DNA of 64,000 nt, taken from contig NC_043015.1 in NCBI RefSeq assembly GCF_006345805.1, forward strand, positions 5,828,001-5,892,000. Direction: 5' to 3'. Source of the DNA: Octopus sinensis (taxonomy: Eukaryota). Below the pieces are notes generated by a model that had not been told where the DNA came from, ran no database searches, and saw only the letters and a list, made by a program, of their open reading frames with translations. This document shows, in pieces, positions 26,328-40,146 of this stretch. Numbering within the stretch: position 1 is the first letter of the stretch; the number at the start of each line of letters is the position of its first letter. A program made the translations under genes and the position numbers.

Positions 26328-26373
26328 AACACCTGATGAAGGCTGGAGGATATATCAGACGAAACGTTGTGTT
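26328..26373 (+). ncRNA. Minimal type I hammerhead motif, all core nucleotides intact
   Basis: AACAC-CTGATGA-a-GGCTG-gaggatatat-CAGAC-GAAAC-GTT-GTGTT. Perfect stem I, one stem II mismatch, predicted cleavage after 26368. Confidence 0.7.
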
Positions 26374-26739
26374 AACAATATGAATACAAATACCCGTCAA
26401 ATGTAAATAACGTATATAATGTAAATAATGTAAATAATGTACATATCTCCTCAGTTCTTAAATATAGAACTGTATTGTTTTCTCTTTTAGATATTTCAAC
26501 CTATGATATGTACAATAAGGTTATCATTGAACTTAATTGCTTTTGCCAGGTACTTAGTGCTCAATTAGTGCAAAATTAGAAATAATATGAAACGCAGTTA
26601 CATATGTTAATTAAACGATCACCTGCCGAAACGTGTATTATCATCTTCTTAGTCATTATATATATAAAGTATATAATAATCCAACACACTTCATTATGTA
26701 ATTCACATACCATGACTGCATCACTTATTATTATTATTA

Positions 26740-26809
<70 letters not shown>

Positions 26810-27031
26810 CGCTCTTTAGTGTGCCAAATGTCTTTATTCAAAATGTCTTCATAGTCTCTTGAGAAAAAAAAATTGCCAAATACTTGGTTGCATTCAGTGA
26901 GGTATGTTAATGCGGAAATAAATAAAACATTAGAAGGAATTATCGGACGTTATTGCCGAGGCATTTGACACAATTGCATTCACAATATCACTAGTCTTTA
27001 TGTAAATACCTATAGTTTGTATTCACAGTAT

Positions 27032-27093
<62 letters not shown>

Positions 27094-27208
27094 GACATAT
27101 ATATATATATATAGATATATAAATATATAAATACATATATATAATATATAAATATATATATATACATATATACATGTTCGTGTGTGTATGTACGCGTATG
27201 CGTCTGTA

Positions 27209-27253
<45 letters not shown>

Positions 27254-29045
27254 TATATATATATATATAATATATATTATTTATATACCTATATAATATC
27301 TATGTATCTATCTCTGCAAAACACTTAGTAAATCTTGACTGAAATCTTTGACATTTCAATTCTGGTTTCAAACTCGGCGTGAACAGCTCTACATTTCTTC
27401 CGTTATGAAATTGTATAATCAGTACTTTACGAAACACATGAGTATATTTAATCACGTACACAAATGATCGTTGCACAATTTGGAAGTCAAAAGACATGCC
27501 CGTAAACTATATTTTGTTATAGTTCCTTTATTTTCTGTCATGAATTTCTGCATAGTTACCTCTTGGATATTTTTGACGATTTCAACTACTTTAGTTTAAA
27601 TGATTTGAATTATATCTCGTAATGTCTACATTCAATGCATATATTTTCTCTTTTCATCAGAATGCTTCATTCACATCATTTTATATGATAATCATTTTCA
27701 CAGATGCACATTTTCTGAATGGATTGTAAATATTTGATATTTTTGTATCCCCTATGACATTTTGAGGCTGGAACTCATAGGGTTAAAAAACTTTGTGTGA
27801 ATGTCTAACAACATTCTTCCTTTGTGTAATGCCTAATATCTGGGGAATATTTGTATATATATATATAAGACGTTTGTCGTACATCGCCTATGTATCGAAT
27901 TATCCAGCAACTAGTCACCGATGTTGTAATCTGAAAGCTGAAGGTGAGATAGATGTTGGCATCAGCGAATTCGCAAATTTACGAGAGTAGTTAACTTATT
28001 TAATGATGCTGATTACAAAGATGATTAAGGAGGCGTTATCGTGCTGGTATTGGTTCAGAGCGCACATAGTGTAGACAATGTCGCTTATAGCTATTTATTC
28101 ATTGCAGGCCCTTCGATACATCATATATAACATAGTTATTTCAAAGATTATGCATTCGCGCATGTATACTTTTATGCATGTTACTATGTTTATTAAATAT
28201 ACAGTGGCTAATATATTTTTATTGCATTGTTTTTTTTCATTTCAAAATTCTGTTCGAATTATGGGTTTTCAAATGTTTGCTTTTTATAGGAAATTATCTG
28301 ATAAACAAGTGCATTTACTTTTAAATTATAGTTTGTTAGATACTTGACATGGAATTAATTACTGAAGGAGAAACTCTGATGAATAGAATCAATGCTGTTC
28401 CATATTTAATTTGAGTATTTCAACAGAATTCAGATTATTTTGCAAAGAATTGTGGGGTTTGTGTCTAAACTAACTAGATTGACAGATATATTAAAGAAGA
28501 GTTAATATGAGGTATGATTGCTTTCGCTTTATCTGAAATCTAAAACAATAGCATAACATTGGAAGTGATTATATAAGTACAGGCTCCTTACTTCAACAAA
28601 ACCACCTAAATCATTAATTATTTAAGAGTATGTCCAGCAATATCTTCCCAATTAACTCAGCTAATGAACTCAAATCTTATTCTTCCAATTCTCTAATTGT
28701 ACAAATAAACGATTAGTTTCAGATAAATTAAAAGGACATTGTCACAGATAACAATACACCGGTTGCTAAACAAAAATGAATATAACGTTTAGAATAGCAT
28801 CACATTTTTGTTTAATAATAAAGAGAATTTCAACGACGTTTTAGTTACTTAGGAATCAACCAGTTAAACGCTTAGAATAAAAACAAAACTGGGTAGGAAA
28901 ATAAAGCAAGCACTTTGATCTTCAACGATATATTATAAATATGTATATTTACAAATTTCGTTTGGTAAGCTCTCTGGCTGAAAGCCTGTAAATATTTTAA
29001 ACGAAATAATGATACCTATGTGTGTGTATATATATGTATATATAT

Positions 29046-29104
<59 letters not shown>

Positions 29105-29147
29105 TATATAGGCAGACAAACATATGCATGTACACAAACACACACAC

Positions 29148-29180
<33 letters not shown>

Positions 29181-29631
29181 AACACACAAATACACACACA
29201 TAGATGAATATGAATTTAAGTAATACACAAACACACACACACATGAATAAAGAGCATCTCGCAACAAACAAAGGTATTTATTGTTTTTTTCGTGTCATTA
29301 AATTCAAACGAAACGGATGTGTTAGTGAGTTCAAATTTATATCGATATATGAAATAACAATTCTTCATATTTTACAGTTCACTTATATTAATGATTTGTT
29401 GGTGTTGAAATAATTCTTACAATTCTAAATTAAAAACACTTCTTTCACTAAGTAATATACAGCCAAATATCTTAACATTCTTGGCTTAATAATTCTGCAA
29501 GTATACCTTTGTGTCACTCTATTAGTCAATAAGAAAACAAATATTAATATTTTTTTTACATTTAACATTTTTGTGTGTAAATTCAAATTAACATTCCGAC
29601 GACACTGGTATCATCCACCCTACATTAACTT

Positions 29632-29666
<35 letters not shown>

Positions 29667-30589
29667 TTAAAAACATACATACATTATATATGTATATAAT
29701 GCATTTTAATAGACACGTTTTTCATTCCTTAATACATGTATTTATAGACACACACATATATATATGTTCAGATATGCGAGGGAGCACACACACACACACA
29801 CACACACTCACACTCTCTCACGCACATATATATGCATATGTTTACATATGTGTATGTCTATATTAACATATACAAATAGGAATTTATGTTTATGCCTGCG
29901 CATATATATATATATATATATAAACATATATATGTATATGCCTGCACATATATATAATATTATATATATGTATGTACATATATATTATACATTATATATA
30001 TATATTTATATATATATATGTATAAATTATATATGAGTGTATGTAGGTAGATACTTATGTATTTTTTCAAAACTCTCAAAGAAAATGATGAACCAGCATT
30101 TAATTTAAATTTTAAAATGTCACTCCTGATAGCGTATGCTGTGCATAAAAACGCATTCTTATCATCAAGAGAAAAGAAAACAAAAGGAAAAATATATAAT
30201 CATGTGCATTTTCTTGACCCCACCCCCTTGGTTTTTCTTCCAAAAAAGATCATGATTTTTCGTTGAAAGTGATTGTTGTAATATATGCGACAGAAATGTT
30301 TGTCAGTTCGTACAAAGTGAAAAAAAACAGTACCTTTTTCTTTTCTTTTAGTTTCTGTTGTCAAAGTTTTAAATTCTATATCTGTTATGTTGGCATTCAA
30401 TATTTATCTACACTTTTGCTTACTTTTCGAAGCGTTCATAAAACGCAACAGTGTGATATGCGAAATATAAATGTTATTATTATTGTTTTTTTTTCTCTCT
30501 GTTGGACGTAGTTCAACTAAGTCTTACACTCACACATGCTACACAATTATGCACGCACGTTCACACATACACACATATACCACATCCAG

Positions 30590-30629
<40 letters not shown>

Positions 30630-33040
30630 TATATATATATTGTATATGTATATATTATATATTATCTATATATGTATATGTATATATATGTATATATATA
30701 TATATATATAATGAACAGATAATGGGAACAGCAGTTTATTCAGGGAGAAAAGTTTTCTCCATTTTATACAGCATCACACTGTTATCATTCATTTACGGAG
30801 TCGACATCCATAAGAATATTAATCCTGGTGTATTGAATGAAGCAGTTTTGTGTAATTCCATTTAGTTTTTCTATTTTCATTTATCAAGACATTATATATA
30901 TAAAAAAAGAAAGCAACGTAATAGAATTGTCTGTTTTTCTTTCAAATTCGTATTTCTTATCCAGTTATCATGAGATACTTTCAAAAAGAATTATCGATTC
31001 AAGAATTCTTCTTACTCTTAATGTTTATAATGATTCAATCTTTGGTGGAATTTTAATATTTTTATTTCTGTCTTTGTCTTTATTTATTTATTATTATTTT
31101 TTTGTTTTGTGAGTGGATATTAAGTTTTCACCTTCGGAGAAAAATTCTTGATACAATAAAATAACGCAGCATCATTTTATTCCATTCTAATGATCATGGT
31201 TCGCATTTGGTTTTTCCTTAAATGTTTCAGATTTTTTTTTTTTGGACGACCATTTTAGCCAAAGGATTAATAATATCATGACGTAGAATATGTTTTTTTA
31301 TCTCTCGAAGAAATAAATCTGTTTCCTACGTGATTTTCAACGCATTGGCAATAGTTATGTAATCCAATCACAGATAACTGCTTTTTAATTTTTTTTAAAA
31401 AAATAGGGATTTTGATTCTATCAAAGAAAATCACTCAATCATTTAAGCAAAAAATGAAAGAAAATAAGAAAGAAAAAATTAAAAACACACTAAGTCCAAA
31501 TAATAACTTCAGAATTTTTTGTTTGTTTCAGCATCGATGTCAATTTGGCTTTACATATTATAAAGCCATTAGTGGCGGGTAGTTTTGCATTTCACTCATG
31601 CCTTATAAAATTTAGCGATACACATTTATAATTCATTTTTTTTTCTTTCAATCAACGCAGTTACAATTGATATTTGGAGATATTGTATATCTTGTATGGC
31701 AATGAAATAAGTTACAATCGAAACCTTGATACGTGAAAAACTACGTATAAATCGATGTTTATAAAACAGATTTGACTCTCGTATATTTCTATTCATACTT
31801 GTAACAAACCAAAATAACCTACATTGAAAGTAGTCATGTGAAGTTTACACATATATATATATATATATATATAATATATATATATGTTATATGTATTATT
31901 TATATATATACATACATATACGTATTATACATACATATATATATGTAATATATATATACATATATGTATTAATATATATATATATATATATATAGATATA
32001 TATATATATATATAGATATATAATATATATTTATACATATGTCTATTAATTTATGTATATATATATATGTTTATGCATGTGTATTATGTATATATGCCGA
32101 CATGTCTTAGGCAAAATTAAAATAACTAAGTAAAATTATATACGTACATACTGGTATACGATATATATATATATATGTATATAGGAATATAATTATATAT
32201 ATGTATATATATAGGAATATAATTATATATATATATATACATATACACGTATACATAAATAGATGTATATATATATATATGTGTGTATACACAGCCACAC
32301 ACTCACACAAACACACACATATATATATTCATACATACCAAATGTGTTACATAAATGACTAAGATTTTAATATTTTTCTTTTCTTCCACTATATAAAATT
32401 CCATATATGAAATATAATTTTCCTAGAAGGAAGATATGTTAAAGCTAATGATTTAGAACCAGGTTGTAGCCAATAAATTGTAATTGAACAGGAGATTAAT
32501 GAATGCAGTTCGTGTATTCCTTATAAATTAATATTTTCAGCAGTTTGAGTTGATGAATATGTTATTGTGTGTTTCACAATTTTTGCTTCAATGCAAAAAT
32601 CAACATTTTCAAATTTAATCCTAGAATATCACCTACATGTAATTAGGCATTTTATAAAACCATTCATTCTATTGTAAAAATTTACAGAAATAATATATTT
32701 CGATTTTAAAAGACTTGTATTCCTCAAGAAGTAAATTGTCATTAATTTGAACGTAAAATATTTTGGGCTTCAGAATACATACATACGTACATACATACAT
32801 GCATACATACATCATACATACATGCATACATGTATATATATATATATATAATATATATATGAATATATAATATATAATATATATATCCATATGTATATAT
32901 ATATATACATATACATATGTATATATGAATGTATATATATATATATATATATACATTCATATATACATATATATATGTATATATATATTCATATGCATAT
33001 CTATATATATATATATACACGCGCATGTATTTATACATAT

Positions 33041-33086
<46 letters not shown>

Positions 33087-33251
33087 GGACATGTATATAT
33101 ACATATGCTTAATAGTCATATATAATATATATGTACATATATGTATATATATATCAATGTACATATACATTTATATATATATATATATATATATATGGAT
33201 ATATGTGTATGTATATATATATATGTGTATATATATATGTATATATATATT

Positions 33252-33298
<47 letters not shown>

Positions 33299-33639
33299 TG
33301 TATGTATAATATATTATATGTATGCTTGTATATGCCCACAGATAATATTTTATTATTTCATCTAGTCACTGAGAGTTTTCTTGTAAAATTTCAATTGCCA
33401 TTATCTAAATTTTGAAAATAATCATTTTCTAATTTTATTTTATTCATTTTACATTTCTCCAAATTTATTTTCTGCGTGACTCTTGCCACAGATATATTCT
33501 GCTTATTTCTTCGCTTTCTCATTTCATAAGGCATTGTAAAATTTCCATCAAAATTTCGTTTAAACCTTAATTTTGTTTTCGTCAGTAAAGGACATTAATC
33601 GATCAGCATTATTTTATTATTGTTTTTTTTATTATTATT

Positions 33640-33950
33640 GTCATTGTATTTATCATCATCATCATCATCATCATCATGACTTTCAACACTTCCTCCGACA
33701 TTATCTTTTATCTGTCAAACCCTTTCTCCTTTACCTTTATAACCTTATATTCATTAATATCATCATCATCAACATCATTATCATTTTCATATCTCATCAT
33801 CAATATCATCATCATCATCGTCGTCATCGTCATTTTCCTCATCACCATTATCATTATTATTATGAATAGTATTGTTGTTATTATTAAACATTAATCACCA
33901 TCATCATCATCATTATCATCATCATCATCAACATCATCATCAACTTTCCA
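33640..33950. repeat. Degenerate (CAT/TAT)n triplet tract, probably within the neuroligin 3' UTR
   Basis: Visible catcatcat/tattat runs 270-580 bp past the stop codon; the UTR end cannot be located from sequence. Confidence 0.6.
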
Positions 33951-34221
33951 TCTGTGATATTTCAAAATTGAATCCAGTTCTTATATATCGTAAGGAAATG
34001 TATCCAGCACGTTGATTCCACTTAAGAAACCACATGTCTCCAGCCCGAATGACATATTATGGTGTGCTTTATAAATACATTAACTGCCCAAATACATTTT
34101 TGTTAACCTATTCACACATATAAATGGTTATAATTGTTTTGTGAAATAATTGGTAAATCTTTCTTGATTGTTTATAGATGTTTTTTTTTGTTATGTCTTT
34201 CTTTAAAAATAAATGCAGCAC

Positions 34222-35198
34222 TCACACTATCGTAATAGCATTATTTGCCTGGTCAATACCCGATGATCGATGTGATTTCTTGCCTGATTCCATGGAATCT
34301 TTAGATTTTATAGCATTCGGTATGACCTTTCGAGATGGCGAACTTCCTTTCGTAGGATGGTCAAGTGTGGAAGATGGAGTATTTGATGCCCTGTGCAAAG
34401 GTGATGAAGACGTTGTTGGCAATGCGCTATATGAATACGCTTGCGAAGCGGGTATTTTGCTAGGATTTTGTTTACTAGAATTATTTGATGGATTATTATG
34501 TTGAGCCTGCCTAGTAGGTGATGATTGCGTCGGGGGTGTTGACATTAAACTAACGGTTTCAGGGCCTCCTATACTACTTCCACCCATTCCTCCACCCATA
34601 CTTCCGACTCCAGACACACCACCGATTTTGTTCGACTCCTTCTCAATCTTCCTTGATAATTTGATCTCGTCCATATCGTCTTTTTCTCGTCTAGATTTTT
34701 TCATACGTTCTCGCTGATAATAAACACCAGCAAATATGAGTATGTTGAGGAAGAGTAATGAGCAGCCGACAGCCACAGTGATGCTGAGAGGAACGATGCT
34801 TTCTCCTTCTTTAACAGCCGAAGAAGAATCTCTCTGTGAGTTTGTACCCGTTGTAGTTCGTCGATCGTCCATCGCGTAATCTGGGGTAGTCCCAGTTGAG
34901 AGATCGTTTGCGTACTCAACATTGTACCCATTCGCTGACGGTGTTGATGGACCACCATTTGTAGAAGGAGAATGCGATTTGGGTGGAGGGGTAATGGGAG
35001 GGACAGGAGGAGGAGAAGGGAAGACATCCGTAAAGTGAAAAAGCCTATCCGGCTCATCGTATGTACTCATGTTATTTGAGTTGTCTAAGCGATGATGTTC
35101 TGGACTGCAGTTATCTGGTTTGTGAATTTTCGGAAGTAATTCTAACCACACAGAAATTTTTTGTCCCCGGTAATATTCTTTCACATTTGGACGCCTTC
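34222..35198 (-). CDS. NLGN: Neuroligin, terminal coding exon: dimerisation helix, Pro/Ser/Thr stalk, TM helix, cytoplasmic tail with PDZ-binding motif
   Basis: Acceptor ttttcttttttcttttcgttgcag|GA AGG at 35198. Translates (G)RRPNVKEYYRGQKISVWLELLPKIH (cf. [26 protein letters not shown]). TM segment LSITVAVGCSLLFLNILIFAGVYYQRER is neuroligin-diagnostic. Ends NAITIV-TGA (34224-34222). The ORF-track GTG start at 35184 is not a real start. Confidence 0.96.
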
Positions 35199-35319
35199 CT
35201 GCAACGAAAAGAAAAAAGAAAATTGATGTAAACTTCTTAAAATAGGTAAAATACGCTTGCTATAAACATGCACGCACGCACACAAATGTAGCCATTGTGC
35301 ATGTGTATCTGAATACATA

Positions 35320-35724
35320 TACTCTTTTACTCTTTTACTTGTTTCAGTCATTTGACTGCGGCCATGCTGGAGCACCGCCTTTAATCGAGCAACACGACCC
35401 CGGGACTTATTCTTTTGTAAGCCCAGTACTTATTCTATCGGTCTTTTTTGCCGAACCGCTAAGTAACGGGAACATAAACACACCAGCATCGGTTGTCAAG
35501 CACTGCTAGGGGGACAAACACAGACACACAAACACACACACGCAAATATATATATATATACATATATACGACGGGCTTCTTTCAGTTTCCGTCTACCAAA
35601 TCCACTCACAAGGCTTTGGTCGGCCCGAGGCTATAGTAGAAGACACTTACCCAAGGTGCCACGCAGTGGGACTGAACCCGGAACCATGTGGTTGATAAAC
35701 TAGCTACTTACCACACAGTCACTC
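35320..35724 (-). mobile_element. SINE family A in the last neuroligin intron (sense to the gene)
   Basis: actcttttactcttttacttgtttcagtcatttgactgcggcc...ccaaggtgccacgcagtgggactgaacccggaaccatgtgg. Confidence 0.92.
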
Positions 35725-36618
35725 ATATATTTTTAAATAGGTAGACACATACAATTACGTTTTACGAATAGATATATGTGCCTACATGCATGTGTTTATT
35801 ATACACGCACACAAACACATACACACACAAGTATGAGTGTGTGTGTGTGTGTGCAATTAAAACTCATTAAATTTAGTTCGAGCATGCAACAGCTCATATT
35901 TACTTATTAGGCATTCAATCATTAGACATTTTGAATGAGAACTTGCTTCTTTACAATTATATAACCTCTGAGTGCAGGTTGGGCGTGAACAACATATTTT
36001 CGTTCTTGTATAATAAAATTCCCACTTGCACTCAGCCGATATGCATGTCAAAATACTCTTATACGTTAATTTTTCTCTCAGATGCTGTTAGCAGATTCAT
36101 CCATATCTGTAATCATAATGCTCGAGTGTACTTAAATGTCAGAATACTTCAAATATAGAGGATATTGTACATCAGAGTACTTCAGTCTAAGTTATCATTT
36201 ACGGTTTGAGCATCTATCTCGAACTGGAATTTATCTAAAGTTAACATTATAAATACTTTACAACTAAACTTGTGGCAATAAATTATTGCAAGCAAAAATG
36301 TAAGAATTTTTAATTAAATAAGCTGTTTTATGAAAATTTTATGTGGTTAAATATTTTCTCGAACAAGTGAATGTAAATAGTCCCTTAAAATCTCTTACAC
36401 TTAATATTCTACTTGTCTTGTAAAAAATAAGCTGAAACTTAGCTTAAATGTGTTACTAATAAGTATTTTCGGATCTTTATGGTTTTCATCACTGTTTACA
36501 ATTATGTTTAAAGGAATTTTTTAATGTATCATATAGATCTAAATCTTGACGCTCGATCCGAATTTGTTATTCATTTATTCCAGAAAAAGTTTGAAGAAAT
36601 TTTACACACATTCAAATA

Positions 36619-37067
36619 GGCGCAGGAGTGGCTGTGTGGTACGTCGCTTGCTATAGGTGCAGGAGTGGCTGTGTGGTAAGTAGCTTGCTTACCAACCACA
36701 TGGTTCCGGGTTCAGTCCCACCGCGTAGCACCTTGGGAAAGTGATTTCAACTATAGCCTCGGGCCGACCAAAACCTTGTGAGTGGATTTGGTAGACGGAA
36801 ACTGAAAGAAGCCTGTCGTATGTATGTATATATATATATGTATGTGTGTATGTGTTTGCATGTCTGTGTTTGTCTCCCTAGCATTGCTTGACAGCCGATG
36901 CTGGTGTGTTTACGTCCCCGTTACTTAGCGGTTCGGTAAAAGGGACCGATAGAATAAGTATTGGGCTTACAAAAGAATAAGTCCCGGGGTCGAGTTGCCC
37001 GATTAAAGGCGGTGCTCCAGCGTGGCCGCAGTCAAATGACTGAAACAAGTAAAAGAGAGTAAAAGAG
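36619..37067 (+). mobile_element. SINE family A, full length with a duplicated 5' head (antisense to the gene)
   Basis: ggcgcaggagtggctgtgtggta at 36619 and again at 36656; B-box-like gggttcagtccc; tail gtaaaagagagtaaaagag. Confidence 0.92.
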
Positions 37068-37284
37068 ATATGTTTAAAATTTCATAATTTTCCATCCGAT
37101 CAGGTAACAGGGCGTTCGCTGTCTCTTCCATCATCGGTGTTTGGGGGGGGGGGCATCGACTTGTCAAAACATTGCTACTTACATCCTACAAGCACACACA
37201 TACTCAGAGTTTTGAAACATAGTCTGATTTTTCTTTTCAGCGTTGAATGTTTACCATCCCTCTTCCATTGTACACACACACACA

Positions 37285-37332
<48 letters not shown>

Positions 37333-38117
37333 CACATTAACATGTTCCATAAACGCACATAATTAACCACATGTTTTACATACACGTACATATATATTCA
37401 CAGAGCTGAAACGCCCCCACTTCCAGATTGCCATTACCCCTTCTTTCTTTATTCATTTATCACCCCTTCCTTTATCATTCATTCAAATGTTGTGACGAAG
37501 AAAAACACAAAATTATTATAGTAAGAAGATTATCTTTCTCGTATCTCTTTCTCTCCCTTCTGTGCATATGCAGCACCTTTGTTTACTATGGAAAAAGAGT
37601 TTTTCGCCACGGTGATGTGTAAAATACTCACTTGTAATTGGCTAAAATACCCAAATTTTGAAAATTGTAAGAGCCAATAACTTTTTTAATTATATGGATT
37701 TATATAAAAAATAAATTTTATTTTCATAATTAGTACATAAAACTTAATCCATATACCAAATTTGAAAACAATCGGAACAAAATTGTAAACTAGACGTAAA
37801 CTACGAATATACAGTGAGATTCATTTTAACGTTAATACTGAACTTTTATTTAAGCCAAACAATTCTTACACGTCATATTATTATATTTCTGTAATGAAAT
37901 TTACTTTTAAAGTGAGTTATTTATTTACTTAAATGTGTTTCTATGCAACAAAATACAAATTTGAAGGAATTGGATTTTTCACAGAATAATTCATAATGGT
38001 ATGCGGTTAGTTTCACGCAATACGTTTAAGGATGCTTATGTTCCATCTCGCTTTTTCTTCTTCAAAATATTAAGTAATCCCTTATGCATACGTAGGATGG
38101 GCGCGCATGCAAACAAA

Positions 38118-38182
<65 letters not shown>

Positions 38183-38703
38183 GCTAAATATCGGTCACTT
38201 GACGGCAAGACATATCTTGGAACAATTTTTGAAGTATTTTGCAAGCAACATCGTGCAACAATTTTGTATGTGGCATATATGTTACAGAGTTCAATTCTGT
38301 AATAGTATACTGATCAATACTTGAAGAATAAGAAAAGATGCTTTGTATACTCATGTGAAGAATCTAAACATTTTCTATTCCCTATCGTCTATAGATATTG
38401 TATACAAACGCGATCATATATTTGATCATTCAAGTTTCTGATTGTATGCCGATGCATTTGTGAAAAGAACCATTCTAAGTAAACCAGTTATGGAAGTCCG
38501 TACACGTTTTCATGTATAAGAAGCAAATTTCCACAAACATAATATTACTTACTAATAAGGGAAAAACAACGGAACAAAAGGTGTCTACTGAATATCATAA
38601 TTCATCATACACTATCTGAAATGCAGTTAGAATTGTCAAAGCTGATGAGGTCGCAGAAATAACTTTACCAGAAAACAAAAAGAACACTTGGAATACAGCT
38701 TAC

Positions 38704-38819
38704 CAATATGTATATACTTCTGCTCCTCCTCTTCGTATTTTGGCCAATTGAGGTCCATGAAACGATTAATCACTCTTCCGCCATGAACCGATTCTTGTTT
38801 TACAGGTTTATTGGGATCT
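38704..38819 (-). CDS. NLGN: Neuroligin, penultimate coding exon (116 nt)
   Basis: Acceptor tctattttcag|A GAT CCC, donor ATT G|gtaagc. Translates (G)DPNKPVKQESVHGGRVINRFMDLNWPKYEEEEQKYIHI(G), colinear with vertebrate neuroligin GDPNQPVPQ...NRFEEVAW.KY...QLYLHIG. Phase 2 in and phase 1 out match both neighbouring exons. Confidence 0.95.
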
Positions 38820-40006
38820 CTGAAAATAGAAATATATTCGGAAGTGATTTATATTAGTAATAAATATATAGGTGGCGTTAAAAAAAACCCAGAAACACTG
38901 CAGTATGTACACTAGATATTTAATGACCTGATTTTAAATTTATTGTGTAATTCATGTCATCTGTTCGCTTTGAAAAATCCTCTTCTAAATTTTTGAGAAA
39001 TAGACATTTTATTCAACACTTGGATACTTTTGCTAATGCCTATATCTATGTCCAAAACTCTGGCAGGGGAAATTAGATGTGTAGCGTGAAGTGAGGAAAT
39101 ACTTACCGATAATAAAAGAATTTTATTCACAGATAAACAAAACAAATTAAAATTTAAATGAAAAAGTATTTTAAAACAATATTTCATATATTCATATATT
39201 CATATAAAAGTAAGCATAAGTAAATATTCTTTGCTTGAAACATTGACAATTGTATGCTAACTTGTATAAACACAATTTTTAATGCATATTTGACTTCATA
39301 TCGAAAGTGCATCATCATATTTTTATTTACTCTAAAGTGCACCGTGGAATCTAAAGCAATATAATTGAATTAGAATACAGGCAATATGAAAGCAAGTCTA
39401 TTAATTCACTGTCCTCAACAACCATATTTTTAACCACATTGAATTTCTCATTATTCAAGAAAGACACAATAATCAATAGCATATATTGATTTCATAAATT
39501 AGAACGGTACCAAGAATTGATGGGAGACGTACTTCGTCTATTTAATAGAGCCTGCAGGGAAAATAAACGAATTTGGTACCGAAGAAACTTGAAGCTAGAA
39601 ATAAGTGGACCTAACAACCTAACGCAAGTGGTAAGTTTCGCACATAAACACGGATATACATAGAAGCGTATAATGAATTGAATGGACCCTAATACATACT
39701 CAATTTATGAGGTTTAATTTCCTCACACTTGGTACAGAATATTTTGTTATTTTGTTCGGCGCTCTGTTACAGCTACTATTCAGCTAAGAAAGATTCGATA
39801 GAAAAATATATACAAGTTCGAATAAATACAAGTTACACCATAAAAAAATATCCATACATAAACACAGACAGTTATACATATATATATATAAGTGCTTGTG
39901 CATGAAACTTTCAGTATTTAAGTCACTTTGTCTCTTCTACCGATTGCCAATGAAAAATGTACCTACTTATATTTTGAGCCATATTGACTTGTGTGCATCA
40001 CCCCCT

Positions 40007-40046
<40 letters not shown>

Positions 40047-40082
40047 AGAGAGAGAGAGAGAGAGAGAGATAGATAGATAGAT

Positions 40083-40146
<64 letters not shown>

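Larger units (their letters stand above)
26073..26472. mobile_element. Second palindromic hammerhead-bearing element (same family as 10514-11092, no tRNA head)
   Basis: Inverted arms joined at a (TAT)n-to-(ATA)n switch near 26257. The right arm ends aaatatagaactg, as at 11092. Confidence 0.82.
35199..38703 (-). other. NLGN: Neuroligin last intron (3,505 bp, GT-AG, phase 1)
   Basis: gtaagc at 38703 and cag at 35199; the join gives ATT GGA AGG (I-G-R) in frame. Confidence 0.93.

Noticed and set aside
34178-35057. ORFs 34178-34504 (+) and 34701-35057 (-)
   Set aside because: Shadow frames of the neuroligin terminal exon.
38642-38665. CTGATGAG...GAAA just downstream of the 116-nt exon donor
   Set aside because: No pairing for stems I-III.
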